IMG/VR virus record: IMGVR_UViG_3300032233_001964 | Location: 6,498-70,497 of that record | Length of the DNA: 64,000 bases | Source of the DNA: a virus | Lineage: Duplodnaviria > Caudoviricetes | Direction: 5' to 3' (one strand) | Shown: piece by piece, positions 62,172-64,000 of the stretch | How positions within the stretch are numbered: the stretch's first letter is position 1 | How the letters are laid out: every line of letters begins with the position of its first letter | The notes under the pieces: model-generated | What the model saw: the letters and a program-made list of their open reading frames with translations, nothing else | The model's database searches: none | Told to the model about the DNA's origin: nothing | Position numbers and translations under genes: made by a program

Positions 62172-63599
62172 GTGCAACCTCTTCGCTTCGGCAGCGTCTG
62201 CTCAGGCATCGAGGCCGCGTCCGCGGCGTGGGAGTCGCTTGGCTGGCTCCCCGTGTGGTTCGCGGAGATTGAGCCGTTTCCGAGCGCCGTCTTGGCGCAC
62301 CACTACCCCGACGTTCCGAACCTCGGAGACATGACGCGCCTTCCTGCGCGCATCCTCGCCGGGGAGATCGAAGCACCGGACGTCTTCGTCGGCGGCACGC
62401 CGTGCCAGTCGTTCTCCGTGGCTGGGCTGCGGAAGGGGCTGGACGATCCGCGAGGCCAGCTGACCCGTTCGTTCGTGGAGATCGCGGACGCCATCGACAC
62501 CGTTCGGGCCGCGCAAGGACTGCCGCCCGCCATCATCTTGTGGGAGAACGTCCCGGGAGTGCTTAGTGACAATGGAAACGCCTTCGGAAACTTCCTCGGC
62601 GCGCTCGCGGGGGAAGACATCGCCCTTGACCCATCAGGGGGAAAGTGGACGAACGCTGGTCTTGTGCTTGGACCCACGCGAGAAGTCTGCTGGCGCGTCT
62701 TGGACGCCCAGTACTACGGAGTGGCCCAACGACGCCGTCGTGTGTTCGTTGTCGCAAGTTCTCGAGCCGGCGGAGTTCGTGCCTCGCAGGTTCTACTTGT
62801 CGAGTCGGGCGTGCGCCGGGATTCTCCGCCGAGCCGAGAAGCGCGGCAAGGAGTTGCCGGCGCTGCTGCTACAGGCGCTGACACAGGTGGCGGGGAACGC
62901 GGAGCCGGAAGCAACGGAGGACGAGGGGGAGGAGTAGCCGTTCCTCTTCAAGAGGTGGGAAAGCGAACGGGCGTGAGCACTACTGACCCACGCGCCGGCA
63001 TCGGCATCGGCGCGTCTGGAGATCCGATGTACACCCTTCAAGCGGGAGCGCAGCATGGCGTGGCCCACGTCGTCGCCCCGCCGCTGACCGCGACGAATGA
63101 CCCGAGCCGCAGCCCGCAGTCGTCGGAAGTGACAGCGCAGGTTCACGCTGTGCTACAGGCGCAGACCATCGCGCACGTTGACGTGGTCGGCACCCTGAGC
63201 GACGGCGCCCACAACGGTGGCGGACTCAACGGACAGGACGCTTACACGGGGCGGATCTTGCCCGTCGTGCCCTACGACCTGTTTCAGGTCACCGCGCCGA
63301 TCAACCGGCAGAACCGGGACACGACGAGTCCGTGCCACACGCTGGCGCGGGACAACGCGGCGCACGCGGCTGTCGTGCAGTCGATGGCCGTCCGCCGCCT
63401 CACGCCGCGAGAGTGCGAGCGTCTTCAAGGCTTCCCCGATGACTACACGAAGATCTCGTGGAAGAAGAAGCCGTCGTCGGAGTGCCCGGATGGGCCTCGG
63501 TACAAGGCGCTCGGGAACAGCATGGCCGTGCCCTGCATGAACTGGATCGGCCGCAAGATCGACAAGGAGTACCGGAAGCGTCATGCCGCTGACACCTGA
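62172..63599 (+). CDS. C5 cytosine DNA methyltransferase with long variable region
   Basis: SVCSGIEA, GGTPCQSFS, WENVPG, QRRRRVF, LTPRECERLQGF, YKALGNS. Confidence 0.9.
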   Translation: MQPLRFGSVCSGIEAASAAWESLGWLPVWFAEIEPFPSAVLAHHYPDVPNLGDMTRLPARILAGEIEAPDVFVGGTPCQSFSVAGLRKGLDDPRGQLTRSFVEIADAIDTVRAAQGLPPAIILWENVPGVLSDNGNAFGNFLGALAGEDIALDPSGGKWTNAGLVLGPTREVCWRVLDAQYYGVAQRRRRVFVVASSRAGGVRASQVLLVESGVRRDSPPSREARQGVAGAAATGADTGGGERGAGSNGGRGGGVAVPLQEVGKRTGVSTTDPRAGIGIGASGDPMYTLQAGAQHGVAHVVAPPLTATNDPSRSPQSSEVTAQVHAVLQAQTIAHVDVVGTLSDGAHNGGGLNGQDAYTGRILPVVPYDLFQVTAPINRQNRDTTSPCHTLARDNAAHAAVVQSMAVRRLTPRECERLQGFPDDYTKISWKKKPSSECPDGPRYKALGNSMAVPCMNWIGRKIDKEYRKRHAADT

Positions 63600-64000
63600 G
63601 ATCCTCGACGAGGCGATGCGCCTTCGGGCCACCGGGCTTCTGTGGCGAGAGGTCGCCGAGCAGTTGTCCGTCCACGTCAACACGCTGCACAAGTACCTGC
63701 GTAGGACAGGTCGCGTTGTGCCCGAAAGAATGTCTACCCGCAAGGTAGCCGTGTGGCCTAAACAGGTTATCCGAGACGCACACCGGCGCTGCGTGCAAGG
63801 AGAGCGCGTCGAGGACGTGGCGGCAACGCTCGGCATCTCGGTGGTCGCCCTGCGCTCGCAGTTCGTGAAGAAGGGGTATCCGCCTCTCCGACCTCCGCCT
63901 GAACGATGGACCGCCAAGGAGGTCCGCCAGGCATACGAGCGGTACGTGAACGGCGAGGACCGCCACGCCATCGCCGCGAGCTTCGGCACGTCGTGGGTGC
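63583..64000 (+). CDS. Tandem-HTH protein (partial)
   Basis: Three HTH repeats: WREVAEQLSV, VEDVAATLGIS, RHAIAASFG. Confidence 0.65.
   Translation, partial: MPLTPEILDEAMRLRATGLLWREVAEQLSVHVNTLHKYLRRTGRVVPERMSTRKVAVWPKQVIRDAHRRCVQGERVEDVAATLGISVVALRSQFVKKGYPPLRPPPERWTAKEVRQAYERYVNGEDRHAIAASFGTSWV

Noticed and set aside
1-64000. tRNA/rRNA genes, integrase/att site, reverse transcriptase (DGR or retron), recoded stop codons
   Set aside because: None recognised; genes end at normal stops with tight coupling

Overview
A ~64 kb segment of a GC-rich (about 68% by eye) dsDNA tailed phage, probably podovirus-like. No host could be assigned, and no integrase, rRNA, tRNA or CRISPR array was seen. Positions 1-27,037 (minus strand) hold the virion module: small structural genes, a 3,286-aa polyvalent protein (zincin + C5 DNA methyltransferase + ADP-ribosyltransferase-like + zincin), putative ejection proteins, tail adaptor/nozzle-like genes and the major capsid gene. 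Positions 27,087-32,652 (plus) hold terminase, portal and scaffold. These are followed by a candidate sRNA, a lytic transglycosylase, an RNAP alpha-CTD-like protein and a likely genome-end/ori region (36.1-38.4 kb). Small early genes run on the plus strand (36.9-42.4 kb). A minus-strand replication module spans 42.5-61.7 kb: DUF927 helicase-like, Rad50-like ATPase, HNH homing nuclease, intein-containing UDG-PolA, Dps-like, SSB, AAA ATPase, Cas4-like nuclease and SF2 helicase. A divergent XRE regulator, a second C5 methyltransferase and a tandem-HTH gene close the window. The strongest non-coding signals are: (i) a 17-bp palindromic operator at about 12 early/replication promoters; (ii) late extended -10 promoters inside or beside hairpins that would sequester the RBS/AUG on read-through RNA; (iii) an anti-Shine-Dalgarno sRNA candidate; (iv) a pseudoknot/switch-like capsid leader; (v) near-absence of CTGCAG and CTCGAG. 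All calls come from reading motifs by eye; no searches or folding programs were run.
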